From an uncultured Gemmatimonadaceae bacterium (lineage in GTDB: Bacteria; Gemmatimonadota; Gemmatimonadetes; Gemmatimonadales; Gemmatimonadaceae), in the NCBI GenBank assembly GCA_963740355.1, contig CAVUDW010000002.1:2464001-2528000 (forward strand): a stretch of DNA of 64,000 nucleotides. The letters run 5' to 3'. Shown here one piece after another: positions 27,753 through 37,672 of the stretch (its first letter is position 1; each line of letters starts with the position of its first letter). Below the pieces are notes generated by a model. The model saw nothing but the letters and a program-made list of their open reading frames with translations. It did no database searches and was not told the origin of the DNA. Both the position numbers and the translations under genes were made by a program.

Positions 27753-28394
27753 CTATCGCGGCGTCACGCCGGACGGCACCCCAGTCGAGAGTGAAAAGCC
27801 AGAACCGGAGATTGGCCCGCCCTCATTCGGCGCATGTCGGAACGGACTGAAGATCAGCCAGAGCAGCACCACCAGGAATCCGAGCCCGGCCTGCCACTCG
27901 TTGTGACGCATGTAGAGCTTGAAGCTGAAGGCCCCCGACCGATCGGCACCCACCGGCCCCGACCAGGCAGACAGCCGAGGAATGAACGCCGGCACGTTGG
28001 CCTCGTATTCCGCATACGCCGCACCGTAGAGCCCGCGCAGGAAGTCACGCTCGCGTTCGATCGTCGGCTTGTAGACCACCAGCCAGAAGACCAACACCAG
28101 AATCACGGCCACCCAGTGCGCCGCGATCCCGAAGCCGAGCGCCAGCAGGAAGCTCCCGAAGTAGAGAGGATTGCGCGTGTGCGCGTACGGACCGGTCGTC
28201 GTGAGGACCTGATTCTTCACGATGTGCCCCGTCGACCAGGCTCGGATCAACGCACCGAGAAAGGCCACAATCCCCCCGACCAGGATCCGGTCGGGGGTCG
28301 CATACCGCGGAGCGAACCAGAGAAAAGCCGCGCCAAAGAGGAACCCGAGCGGAACGCGGATCCGCTGCGTCAGCGATCGTTTTCCGTCGTTCAC
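27753..28394 (-). CDS. isoprenylcysteine carboxyl-methyltransferase / phospholipid methyltransferase family membrane protein
   Basis: LTTTGPYAHTRNPLYFGS and E..L..LYG..Y.EY...VP.FIP motifs; TM segments. Confidence 0.88.
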   Translation of the reverse strand: MNDGKRSLTQRIRVPLGFLFGAAFLWFAPRYATPDRILVGGIVAFLGALIRAWSTGHIVKNQVLTTTGPYAHTRNPLYFGSFLLALGFGIAAHWVAVILVLVFWLVVYKPTIERERDFLRGLYGAAYAEYEANVPAFIPRLSAWSGPVGADRSGAFSFKLYMRHNEWQAGLGFLVVLLWLIFSPFRHAPNEGGPISGSGFSLSTGVPSGVTPR

Positions 28395-29608
28395 CCGGTG
28401 ATTTCCTTGACCAGATGGCGGGCAATCACAAGGCGCTGGATCTCCGATGTGCCCTCACCGATCTCACAGATCTTTGCGTCGCGCATGTATCGCTCGACGG
28501 GATAGTCCTTGGTGTAGCCGTAGCCGCCGTGGATCTGGATGGCCTTCAACGTCGCGCGCATCGCCAATTCCGAGCAGAAGAGCTTGGCCATGGCGGCTTC
28601 CTTGCCGTACGGCTTGCCCTGCTGCGCCAGCATGGTGGCGTGGTACGTGAGATGCTTCCCCGCCTCGATCTCGGTGGCCATGTCGGACAGCTGGAACGAC
28701 ACGCCCTGGAAGTTCACGATCGATTGCCCGAACTGCTTGCGCTCGATCGAATACTTGCGCGCCTCCTCGAACGCGCCCTCGGCGATGCCCAGCGAGAGCG
28801 CGGCGATGCCGATGCGGCCTGCGTCGAGTGTGCGCATGAAATTGATGAACCCCATCCCTTCTTCACCGAGCCGATTCTCGACCGGCACCTCGACGTTCTC
28901 GAAGATCAACTCGCGCGTGTCGCTGGCGCGCCAACCGAGCTTGTCTTCCTTCTTCCCGGCGCGGAATCCCGGCATCGGCACGATGGAATCGTCATGCCCG
29001 ATGCCAACGGCCCTGGCCGCCGCGAGGTCGACGGTTTCCTTGGTGAGGATGAAGGAACTGATGCCCTTCGTCCCCGCCGCTGGATCGGTGACTGCCGTCA
29101 CGATGAACACTTCGCCAACACCCGCATGGGTGATGAAGCGTTTCGTGCCATTCAGGATATAATGGCCGTTCTTTCGGACCGCCGTCGTCTCCGTTCCACC
29201 GGCATCGCTACCGGCGTTCGGTTCCGTGAGGCCAAAGCCGCCCAGCACCTTGCCGGCGGCCAGCAACGGCACGTACCGCTGCTTCTGCGCGTCGTTGCCG
29301 AAGTACACGATCGGAGATGTGCCGAGCGTGGTGTGGGCCGAGATCGTGATCGAGTGGCTGGCGCAGACCTTGGCCAGTTCATGGATCGCGATGATGAACG
29401 CGGTCTGGTCGAAACCTGTACCGCCCAGGTCCTCCGACCATGGAATGCCGAAGAGACCGAGATCGGCCATCTTCGCAATGTTTTCCCACGGGAACGACGA
29501 GTCGGCGTCGTGCTTCGCAGCGACCGGTCGGATATGGTCTTCTGCAAAGCCCCGGACCATTTCCCGGACCTGCAAGTGCTGTTCGTTGAAGTAAAGCGAG
29601 TCGTCCAT
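28391..29608 (-). CDS. acyl-CoA dehydrogenase
   Basis: FGLTEPNAGSDA, NGTKRFIT, RKQFG, QIHGGYGY and IGEGTSEIQR; start refined to MDDSLY. Confidence 0.95.
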   Translation of the reverse strand: MDDSLYFNEQHLQVREMVRGFAEDHIRPVAAKHDADSSFPWENIAKMADLGLFGIPWSEDLGGTGFDQTAFIIAIHELAKVCASHSITISAHTTLGTSPIVYFGNDAQKQRYVPLLAAGKVLGGFGLTEPNAGSDAGGTETTAVRKNGHYILNGTKRFITHAGVGEVFIVTAVTDPAAGTKGISSFILTKETVDLAAARAVGIGHDDSIVPMPGFRAGKKEDKLGWRASDTRELIFENVEVPVENRLGEEGMGFINFMRTLDAGRIGIAALSLGIAEGAFEEARKYSIERKQFGQSIVNFQGVSFQLSDMATEIEAGKHLTYHATMLAQQGKPYGKEAAMAKLFCSELAMRATLKAIQIHGGYGYTKDYPVERYMRDAKICEIGEGTSEIQRLVIARHLVKEITG

Positions 29609-29751
29609 TAGGCAGGCGTTGGGGGCAGCCACGTGTGGGCGCCCGTAAACCGGGAAGTTAGCGGATGGTGCTGCGGTCGGTGATGCAGGATGTGATTGAA
29701 GTCTCGGGCGGTGTCGACTGTTTCAGACGCACACCCTCGCCCTGATGTTTC

Positions 29752-31815
29752 TCAGCGTCCGTGTGCGCGGATCACGTCCAGGAATGGCTCCGCATACCGC
29801 TCGAGCTTGACGGGCCCGACACCCGGCAGCGTGGCCATGGCGGCAGTCGTCAAGGGCCGCCGCGTGGCAAAGGCGGCGAGGGTGGCGTCTGGGAAGACCA
29901 CATAGGCCGGCTTGCCGGCCGCGAGCTGCGCACGACAGGCCTTGAGCGCGTTGAACAATTCCGTGTCCGACTCCGTGACGGCTCCACCCTTCTCGGTCTG
30001 CTTGCGCTGCTTGTCCCGCCGCTCATTCGGATCGCGCGGCGCCTTGGTGCGGGCCGCGCCGCCGGTCGCCCACGCGCTGCGGATGGCGGGTGCCGCTCGG
30101 CGTTCACCGAGACAGTTGTCACACGCGCCGCACTCCGCGCGGGCCGCCGGGTCGCCGAACCATTGCAGCAACGCCTGGCGACGACAGGTGGTGGCGTAGG
30201 CGTAGCGCTGCATGGCTTCGAGCTTGTCGAATTCGCGTTGCCGGCGGCGATCGATCGAACGCCAGTCGATGGTGACGCGGTCGAGCGACATCGCTGGATC
30301 CACCAGTCGCAAGCCGCCGCCGACACGCTCCAGGGCAACGAACTGTCGTGATTCCAGGCGCTCCAGCATCGGGAACGATCCCGCGAATCCACCGAACGCG
30401 GACGGCAGCACATCGAGGTCGATGATGGCGCCACGCGTGAGTTGATCCTTGGCCATTCGCCAGCAGGCTCGGAGCAGGTCACGCTCCATTTCGAACCCCG
30501 CCCCGAGTTCCTCGCGAATGCGCTCCGGCGTCGCGAGCAGGCGGAGTCGGACCAGCCCGGCTGATTCTGGATCCCACCGCAGGACGCCAGCGTCCGCCAG
30601 CACACGGAGCGCGGATTCCACGGCCTTCGACGACACCTTGCCACCGATGCCGCCGGCCAGTTCGTCTGCTGTTGCCGACACCACGCCGCCACGGTCCGCT
30701 TCTCGCTGGCACCGACGGTGCACTTGCTCGATCAGCGCGCGATCGGGCAGTGCGGACTTGATGAAGAATTCGTGTGTGAAGCGATCGGGGAACGCGTGCA
30801 GCAGCACACAGCGGCTCTGCTGGCCGTCACGTCCCGCACGGCCTGCTTCCTGATAGTACGCCTCGAGGGTGCCTGGCATCGCGTAGTGGACGACCAGTCG
30901 CACGTTCGACTTGTCGACGCCCATGCCGAAGCTGTTCGTGGCCACGATGACCCGTGTGCGCTCGGACATGAAATAGTCCTGCACACGTCGGCGACGTTCG
31001 TCGTCGAGGCCGGCGTGATAGGCGCTGGCTGGCACGCCCTGGTCATCGAGATACTGGGCCATGCGCTCGACGGTCTTGCGCGTCGACGCGTAGACGATGC
31101 CGGTGCCGTCCTCGAGGTTCCGCAGCAGGTCGAGCACCACGGCGTCCTTCTCGCGATCACCCTTGGCGGCGATCACCTGGTACGAGAGGTTCGGCCGATC
31201 GAACCCGGTGACGATGATTTCCGGATCCTGCAGGTCGAGGATGCGTGCGATGTCTTCGCGCACCACCGGTGTTGCGGTCGCCGTGAGGGCGATTGTCGGC
31301 GGATTGCCGAGTCGCTGCCGCACCTCACCCACGCGTCGGTAGCTGGGACGGAAATCATGTCCCCATTCGCTGATGCAGTGCGCCTCGTCCACCGCCAGGA
31401 GCGCCACGCCGATGGCCTTCAAACGCTCGGCCGTGGCCCCGACATCGAAGCGCTCCGGGGCTACGTACAGCATCTGGATCTCGCCGCGCTGTGCGCGCAC
31501 CAGGCGATCAGAGACTTCCGCACTGGACAACGTGCTGTTGATGAACGCGGCCGCGATCCCACGTCGCTCGAGCGCGTCCACCTGGTCCTTCATCAGCGAG
31601 ATGAGTGGGGACACCACCACCGTCAGGCCGCGTGTGATCAGCGCGGGCACCTGATAGCAGAGCGACTTGCCACCGCCGGTGGGCAGCACGACGAGGGTGT
31701 CGCGCTTGTCGAGCACACTCCTGATGGCACGTTCCTGCCCGGGGCGAAACGCAGGATAGCCAAAGCGATCCTTGAGGACCGCCAGCGCATCATCGAATGT
31801 GGGAGAGTTCAGCAT
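29752..31815 (-). CDS. recQ: RecQ family DNA helicase with HRDC domain
   Basis: PTGGGKSLCYQ, DEAHCISEWGHDFRP, QEAGRAGRDG, Zn site CRR..CGACDNC, HRDC PAYVVFPDATL. Confidence 0.95.
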   Translation of the reverse strand: MLNSPTFDDALAVLKDRFGYPAFRPGQERAIRSVLDKRDTLVVLPTGGGKSLCYQVPALITRGLTVVVSPLISLMKDQVDALERRGIAAAFINSTLSSAEVSDRLVRAQRGEIQMLYVAPERFDVGATAERLKAIGVALLAVDEAHCISEWGHDFRPSYRRVGEVRQRLGNPPTIALTATATPVVREDIARILDLQDPEIIVTGFDRPNLSYQVIAAKGDREKDAVVLDLLRNLEDGTGIVYASTRKTVERMAQYLDDQGVPASAYHAGLDDERRRRVQDYFMSERTRVIVATNSFGMGVDKSNVRLVVHYAMPGTLEAYYQEAGRAGRDGQQSRCVLLHAFPDRFTHEFFIKSALPDRALIEQVHRRCQREADRGGVVSATADELAGGIGGKVSSKAVESALRVLADAGVLRWDPESAGLVRLRLLATPERIREELGAGFEMERDLLRACWRMAKDQLTRGAIIDLDVLPSAFGGFAGSFPMLERLESRQFVALERVGGGLRLVDPAMSLDRVTIDWRSIDRRRQREFDKLEAMQRYAYATTCRRQALLQWFGDPAARAECGACDNCLGERRAAPAIRSAWATGGAARTKAPRDPNERRDKQRKQTEKGGAVTESDTELFNALKACRAQLAAGKPAYVVFPDATLAAFATRRPLTTAAMATLPGVGPVKLERYAEPFLDVIRAHGR

Positions 31816-31921
31816 GCGGGAACGCGTGGAACGGCGTGACTGTCAGGGCGCACGCCGTCCAGCATCACCGGGCAAGTCAGCGCCGCGTCATCGCGGGCTG
31901 CAGGAAATTGCACCGCTGCAA

Positions 31922-32368
31922 TCAGGTGATGAAGCCAGCCTTCGAGGCCTGCTGTGATTCCCAGCGGGCCTTCAGGCGCGCGCGGCGGCGCTCCATCTCC
32001 TCCAGCGCGTCCGGCATCGCCATCACGACCTTCTCGATGTTCGCGCAGATGCTCGGCCCCATCCGCCCGCGCAATTCGCCGAGGAAAGGATGCACCTTGG
32101 CGAAGGTGCCGATGATCTCACCGTGCGATGCCACGAACGACTCCTGGTCGATGGCACCAGTCACCACCATGGATGCGGCCATGTCCCAGTAGCCGATCAC
32201 CATGCGCATCCATGAATTCTTCTCACCCATCTGCTCCTTCAGGTATTCGTCGAAGGTGGCCGGATGGAATTCGAGCAGGAACCAGTCGCGCGCCTTCCGC
32301 AGCAGCGGTTCGCGGCGAAGATCGAACAGCTGGATGTTGAGCTGCGCGGATTCAAATGGTGTCGGCAT
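31922..32368 (-). CDS. conserved hypothetical helical protein (DUF4760-like)
   Basis: LFDLRREP..RKARDWF and RMVIGYWDMAAS.V..GAID pattern; start refined to MPTPFES. Confidence 0.7.
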   Translation of the reverse strand: MPTPFESAQLNIQLFDLRREPLLRKARDWFLLEFHPATFDEYLKEQMGEKNSWMRMVIGYWDMAASMVVTGAIDQESFVASHGEIIGTFAKVHPFLGELRGRMGPSICANIEKVVMAMPDALEEMERRRARLKARWESQQASKAGFIT

Positions 32369-32397
32369 GAGTGTGGCAGTGGGTGATGATACGATGG

Positions 32398-34884
32398 TCA
32401 GACGGCGCGCGCGAAGTGTCCGCGCGTGAACGCCTGGCCATACAGGGCACGCACACGATCGGTGCCGGCACGCTCTCCGGCTTCCAGCTCGTCGATCATG
32501 GCGCGATAACCGGCCACGACATCGGCAACAGGGTCGCCTGGCACGTTGAACAGCAGGCGATAGTGACGGATGCCGCCACGCCACAGGCGCGGCAGGTACT
32601 CTCCCGCCTCGATCGGTCGCGAGTGCAGGAGTCGATTGCGGCAGGCACTGTCAGTGGCCACCGGGAAGGTGTACCCGGCGGGATCGGTAATCGAGACGTT
32701 GGTGTGTTTCTGCACGCAGAGATCGCGACAGGTCGTCACCACGCGGTCGAAGGCAGCCGAGAGCACACAGTGTTCGATGGTCATGCCCTCGGGGCGACCG
32801 AAGACCACGGCATCGAAGGTGGCACCCTTCCACGGCTCGCTCACGGCCAGCATCTCATCAACGGTATGCTCGACCGACAACGTCAGTCGGCGCGCGCCGA
32901 GCGAAAAGAACTCCGCCGCCGTGTGCTGGTTGAACACGTTGAGCGCGTAGTCGCCGGTCACGTCTCGCCCTTCTGCGGCAAGCTCGGCGAGCAGGCCGAG
33001 ATGGCCCGTCTGGATCGGCAGCATGAGTCCGAGCCACTTGCTGACTGCACGCCGGTCTTCCGGCCGAACGATCGTGGGTGTGCGGAGGCGCAGCCCGACG
33101 CCCTTGGCGATCAATTGCTCCTGCAACGCCTTCACCTTCGAGAGCGAAGGTGCCGGGTGCCGCAGGAACGGATCGAACACGATTTCCGTCGCACCCGCCA
33201 CGGCGGCCGTCAGCGCGTCCTCGATCGAGTAGACCTCTGCAATCAGCGCGGTGGTCGATTCCGCCGGGATGGTATCGGGAGACTCGATCGCGACGGCGAT
33301 TGCGGACTCGCGAGCGGCGAGGCGGGACTGCTCTGCCCAGTCGCGTTGCACCAGCAGCTGGTCAACGATGTCCTGTCGCAGGCGGTTGAGGGCGCTGACT
33401 GGCAGGAAGAGATCAGCCGACAAGCCGCTCCGATCGAGCACCCCGAGCGCAAAGGGTGTCTCGCCAAGACGACCGAGCTGCTCACGGAGCATGGTGTCAT
33501 CCAGCGCGCGCTTGGTTGCCGGCGCCAGCGCCGTCTCGCTGCGGGCGCTGACTTCGTCATCGCCACAGGTCGCGACGAGCTTCAATGGGCCGCCAGCGCT
33601 CCCGAAGAGTCGCATGTCGAGCCGGTGCTTCCGCTTCTGGATGTTCGTCGGCAGTGCCGCGTAGCTCTCGCGAGCGGCTGCGAGCAGCGCAGCATGCGAC
33701 GAGCGTACGACCGTCCAACCGATCGGGATGCGCTGCCGGGTGGCAATCACCTGACGGAAACGCCCATCCTTCTTCGACACGGTGCGGACGGCGGTGACGG
33801 AGAATCCAACGGCCTTCGTGCCGCCTGCTTCGGGCGGTTCAAAACCAACACCGTCCCCGACTTCGATGGCATGACTGACGTCCACGGTGAGCTCGCTGGC
33901 GCTGGCGTCGATCACCGTGCCGAGCGTCATGCCGTGGTTGTCAGGCTGGTCGCGCGTGATGTAGTCGCGACCCGCCCGCCCGCCGTACATGCCGCCGGTG
34001 TTGCCGCGGCTGTAGATCTGCACGAGAGGCTCGGTCTCGACGATGCTCGGCGGCGTGCGATCACCCGTTGCCAGGCGCGTCAGGAAGCTGCGATAGCCGT
34101 GGGTGACGGTGGCCACGTACTCTGGCTTCTTCTTCCGACCTTCGATCTTCAGGCAGCCAACACCAGCATCCGCGATGTCGGCGAGATGATCATGTGCCGC
34201 AAGATCCTTGGCGCTGATGAGATAGCCGCGATCCAGCTCACTGCCATTCGACTCATCGGTGAGCACATAGTCCTTGCGACAGCTTTGCGCACACGATCCA
34301 CGATTGGCGGAGCGCTCCGAGATCATGCCGGACATGTAGCACTGTCCGCTGTACGAGATGCAAAGCGCGCCGTGAATGAACGTTTCGAGGCCGAGCTCAG
34401 GCACGGCGGCGCGAATGGCGCGAATGTCGTCGAGCGTGTTCTCGCGTGCCAGCACGACGCGCTCGACGCCAAGCTTCTGCATCACCAGCGCGCCGGATTC
34501 ATCATGCACGGTCATCTGCGTCGAGCCGTGGATCTCGAGACTCGGATAGACCTGGCGGATGAGCCGAACGACGCCGATGTCCTGCACGATCGCGGCGTCG
34601 ATGCCACGATCGATGCACTCACCGAGGTAGCTCAGCGCGATCGCCAGTTCTGACGGCTTGACGAGCACATTGAACGTCAGGTAGATGCGTGCGCCGTGTT
34701 GATGCGCGAGTCGGCAGGCCGCCTCCAGCTCATCCAGTGTGAGCTGCGCCCCTTCGTCGCGCGCATTGAACTGCTCGGCGCCCAGGTAGACGGCGTTGGC
34801 GCCATTGGCGACGGCCGCGCGGACGGCGTCAAAGGAGCCGGCTGGCGCGAGCAATTCGGGGACGGACCCTGCGGTACGAGACAT
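32398..34884 (-). CDS. U32 family Fe-S protein with DUF3656 (RlhA-type 23S rRNA hydroxylase)
   Basis: PELLAPAG, HGSTQM, HGALCISYSGQC..SANRGSCAQSCR and KIEGR; long C-terminal extension. Confidence 0.9.
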   Translation of the reverse strand: MSRTAGSVPELLAPAGSFDAVRAAVANGANAVYLGAEQFNARDEGAQLTLDELEAACRLAHQHGARIYLTFNVLVKPSELAIALSYLGECIDRGIDAAIVQDIGVVRLIRQVYPSLEIHGSTQMTVHDESGALVMQKLGVERVVLARENTLDDIRAIRAAVPELGLETFIHGALCISYSGQCYMSGMISERSANRGSCAQSCRKDYVLTDESNGSELDRGYLISAKDLAAHDHLADIADAGVGCLKIEGRKKKPEYVATVTHGYRSFLTRLATGDRTPPSIVETEPLVQIYSRGNTGGMYGGRAGRDYITRDQPDNHGMTLGTVIDASASELTVDVSHAIEVGDGVGFEPPEAGGTKAVGFSVTAVRTVSKKDGRFRQVIATRQRIPIGWTVVRSSHAALLAAARESYAALPTNIQKRKHRLDMRLFGSAGGPLKLVATCGDDEVSARSETALAPATKRALDDTMLREQLGRLGETPFALGVLDRSGLSADLFLPVSALNRLRQDIVDQLLVQRDWAEQSRLAARESAIAVAIESPDTIPAESTTALIAEVYSIEDALTAAVAGATEIVFDPFLRHPAPSLSKVKALQEQLIAKGVGLRLRTPTIVRPEDRRAVSKWLGLMLPIQTGHLGLLAELAAEGRDVTGDYALNVFNQHTAAEFFSLGARRLTLSVEHTVDEMLAVSEPWKGATFDAVVFGRPEGMTIEHCVLSAAFDRVVTTCRDLCVQKHTNVSITDPAGYTFPVATDSACRNRLLHSRPIEAGEYLPRLWRGGIRHYRLLFNVPGDPVADVVAGYRAMIDELEAGERAGTDRVRALYGQAFTRGHFARAV

Positions 34885-34940
34885 TCCTGAAAGATAGCGA
34901 CCCCGGGTGCCTGCGGGGCCGTCCAGGGCCCCAGGCGAGG

Positions 34941-35111
34941 TCAGTCGGTCGGTCCGCGCTCCGTGCGCTTCCGGACGAACCGGAGGATCAGCGCCACCGC
35001 CAGCGTGCCGATCGCGGCCAGGCGAAAGGGGTCGCTGTCCTCGAGAACGCCGTACCCGAACATGCCCGCGCCGATCAACGTGAGCGCGATCTGGACGGTG
35101 ATGATGGTCAC
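34941..35111 (-). CDS. small two-TM membrane protein (56 aa), below ORF-track cutoff
   Basis: MTIITVQIALTLIGAGMFGYGVLEDSDPFRLAAIGTLAVALILRFVRKRTERGPTD; GTG overlaps the hydratase stop; very high GC3. Confidence 0.75.
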   Translation of the reverse strand: MTIITVQIALTLIGAGMFGYGVLEDSDPFRLAAIGTLAVALILRFVRKRTERGPTD

Positions 35112-35914
35112 GGCTGGCGCGTCCGATCAAGGAACTTGCGAACGCCGGCACGGAAATCCTCCGTGGCACGGGACTCCACATTGGTGGCGACACCGATGCC
35201 GATGCTCTGCGCAAAGTCGAGATCGTCCATGCGGTAGAGCAACCGCTTGGTCAGGCCAACCGCCGTGCGCGGGGACTTCACCAGGGCGTCGATGGTCTTC
35301 GTCACCTCGGCCGGAAACGCCGCGGTCGGAATGCAGCGGCTGATGAGACCAATGCGCTCTGCCTCCGCCGCACTGATGAGGCGCCCTGTGAGCACCAGCT
35401 CTGCCGCCCGCTTCTCACCCACGGCCCGGCGCAGCATCGTCATGACCATCGCCGGAACGAAGCCGATCCGCACTTCGGGATAACCGAAGACTGCCGACTC
35501 TTCCGCGAGGACGATGTCGCATGCCGTCGCCAGGCCCGCTCCGCCCGCGAGGGCGCGGCCGCGCACGATGGCGACGATCGGCTTCGACATCTCGCGCATG
35601 GTCGAGAACACACGACCGAGCGCACGTGCGTCCTCGATGTGCGCGTCGGGGCCGCTCTCGAGCGTTGCATCGAGGGCCGTCAGGTCGGCACCGGCGCAGA
35701 AGTCGTCGCCGTCACCCTCGACGATGATCACACGCACGTCGTCCGCCGCCTCGAGTTCGAGCAGCGCTGACGTCAACTCTACGGCGGTCTGCTGATCGAG
35801 TGCGTTTTTCTTGTCTGGCCGTGCGAGCGTTATGACGCCAAGCCCCTCGGCGCGCACGGTGCGAATGCGCGACCGGACCACGGACAGCGACGACGGCGTC
35901 GGTCGGCTCATCAT
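35108..35914 (-). CDS. enoyl-CoA hydratase/crotonase (methylglutaconyl-CoA hydratase-like)
   Basis: RPDKKNAL, FCAGADL, GRALAGGAGL..ACD and FGYPEVRIG. Confidence 0.92.
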   Translation of the reverse strand: MMSRPTPSSLSVVRSRIRTVRAEGLGVITLARPDKKNALDQQTAVELTSALLELEAADDVRVIIVEGDGDDFCAGADLTALDATLESGPDAHIEDARALGRVFSTMREMSKPIVAIVRGRALAGGAGLATACDIVLAEESAVFGYPEVRIGFVPAMVMTMLRRAVGEKRAAELVLTGRLISAAEAERIGLISRCIPTAAFPAEVTKTIDALVKSPRTAVGLTKRLLYRMDDLDFAQSIGIGVATNVESRATEDFRAGVRKFLDRTRQP

Positions 35915-36292
35915 TTACTCCTGGTTGCCCTGCACTGGGAGTTTCAGCGCCGCCGCTTCGTCGGCCGGCACGTTCAACACCATGCGCAGCATGGCGGTCG
36001 ACACCACCTTGCCCTGTGCATCGGTCTTGAGTGACAAGGTACCACCGCCGTCGAGGGCGCCATGCAGCAGGAAGTTCAGCGCATTGAGATTCGGCAGTTC
36101 AAAGCGTTCGACCTTGCCGGAGATCAGTGCGCCGTAGTGATCGCGCACACGCTCGGTGGTGAGTTCGCGCGCCAATAGCGGATACCATTCCGGGCGCAGG
36201 GCAATCACGCCGCAATTGGCCATGTCGCCCTTGTCACCCGATCGGGTGTGCGCGAGATCGAGCAGGCGGACCTGCACTGTCGGCTGTGTCAT
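35915..36292 (-). CDS. AtuA C-terminal-like domain protein (standalone)
   Basis: [35 protein letters not shown] and D.QGK motifs. Confidence 0.85.
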   Translation of the reverse strand: MTQPTVQVRLLDLAHTRSGDKGDMANCGVIALRPEWYPLLARELTTERVRDHYGALISGKVERFELPNLNALNFLLHGALDGGGTLSLKTDAQGKVVSTAMLRMVLNVPADEAAALKLPVQGNQE

Positions 36293-37650
36293 GACACCAC
36301 CTCAACGTGCGTCGTGACGACGCGCTTGTCGATCAGCGCCGGCCAGTAGGCGATGACCTCCTCGACTTTCGGGCGACCACCGGCAAATCCGGTGACGCTG
36401 GGCGGACCATTGAGCACCAGGGGCGCGATCTCTCGTGTGAAGCGCTCGACGCTGGCCCGATCCTCACCTCGTACACCGATGCGGTATTGCACTTCTGGCG
36501 CGTCACGCCCGTCGCCCGCGAGGTGGCCGTGCGTGGCGTTGGCGCCGACGAATTCGGAAAGCACCTGGTCGAACTTCAGGCCGAGTCGATCGAGGCGTTC
36601 CCGCAAGATCCGATTGGCGAGCTCTGCTTTTTCCATCGCATCGGGCCATGAGTACACGAGCGAACCAACCGCCTTGTACCCGGCGCGATAAGCGATGGAC
36701 ACCTTGAGGAACGGCGTCGCAGGCCCACCGGCGATGCCGTGGACCCGGACACGGTTCTCACCGTCGGCGGCAACCCGAATCGACGTGAAATCCGCGACGA
36801 CGTCAGGCGTGATGTAGGCGTGAGGATCGCCCATCTCATACACCAACTGCTCGGTCACACTCGGCACGCTGACGCGTCCGCCGGTATTGGGATGCTTGGT
36901 GATCACGAATGACCCGTCCTCGACGACTTCGGCGATCGGGTAACCGATGTTCGCGAGGTCGGGGATCGAGCGCCATTCGTGCAGGCAATTGCCGCCGGAT
37001 GACTGCGCACCGCATTCGAGTATGTGTCCGGCGACGATGCCGGCAGCGAGCTGGTTCCATGAATCCGCCGCCCAGCCGAACTCATGTCGCAGCGGAGCCA
37101 TCGTGAGCGCGGTGTCTGTGGAACGACCCGTGACCACGATCTGCGCACCTTGTTGCAGCGCCTGCACGATGGGTGTGGAACCGATGTATGCGTTCGCCGA
37201 GAGCACCCTGCCTCGCACGGTGGAGAGCGGCGCGCCAGTCTCCATGTGCTTCAGCTCGTGCCCGGCCGCCAGCAACTCATCGATGCGCGGCAGGAGATCA
37301 TCACCGGTGACGACACCGATCTTCACCTTGCCACCGTGACCAGCCTTGGCGATCGCAGCGACCAGTGCTTGTGCACAGGCGACGGGATTCACGCCGCCAG
37401 CGTTGGCAATGACCTTCACGCCGCGTTCGACGATCCCGGGCAGCACGCTCTCGATCGCCCCGATGAAATCGCGCGCATACCCCATCGCGGGATCACGTTC
37501 CTTCTGCTTTTGCAGAATGGACATCGTGACTTCGGCGAGATAATCGAGCATGAGGTAGTCGATCGGCCCACCGTCGACCTGCTGCCGTGGCGCGTCGAGC
37601 GAATCGCCCCAGAAGCCCTGACCGCTGGCAACGCGTACCGTCCGTGTCAT
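36289..37650 (-). CDS. acyclic terpene utilisation AtuA family protein (DUF1446)
   Basis: [43 protein letters not shown] 37650 with SD GGAG. Confidence 0.92.
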   Translation of the reverse strand: MTRTVRVASGQGFWGDSLDAPRQQVDGGPIDYLMLDYLAEVTMSILQKQKERDPAMGYARDFIGAIESVLPGIVERGVKVIANAGGVNPVACAQALVAAIAKAGHGGKVKIGVVTGDDLLPRIDELLAAGHELKHMETGAPLSTVRGRVLSANAYIGSTPIVQALQQGAQIVVTGRSTDTALTMAPLRHEFGWAADSWNQLAAGIVAGHILECGAQSSGGNCLHEWRSIPDLANIGYPIAEVVEDGSFVITKHPNTGGRVSVPSVTEQLVYEMGDPHAYITPDVVADFTSIRVAADGENRVRVHGIAGGPATPFLKVSIAYRAGYKAVGSLVYSWPDAMEKAELANRILRERLDRLGLKFDQVLSEFVGANATHGHLAGDGRDAPEVQYRIGVRGEDRASVERFTREIAPLVLNGPPSVTGFAGGRPKVEEVIAYWPALIDKRVVTTHVEVVS

Positions 37651-37672
37651 CGTATCTCCAGGCGTGACTGCA

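Noticed and set aside
32371..34653. Long + strand ORFs opposite real genes (also 223-1776, 5970-7442, 37664-39598, 47139-48932, 55416-57077)
   Set aside because: Typical antisense shadow ORFs of high-GC coding DNA; no motifs.
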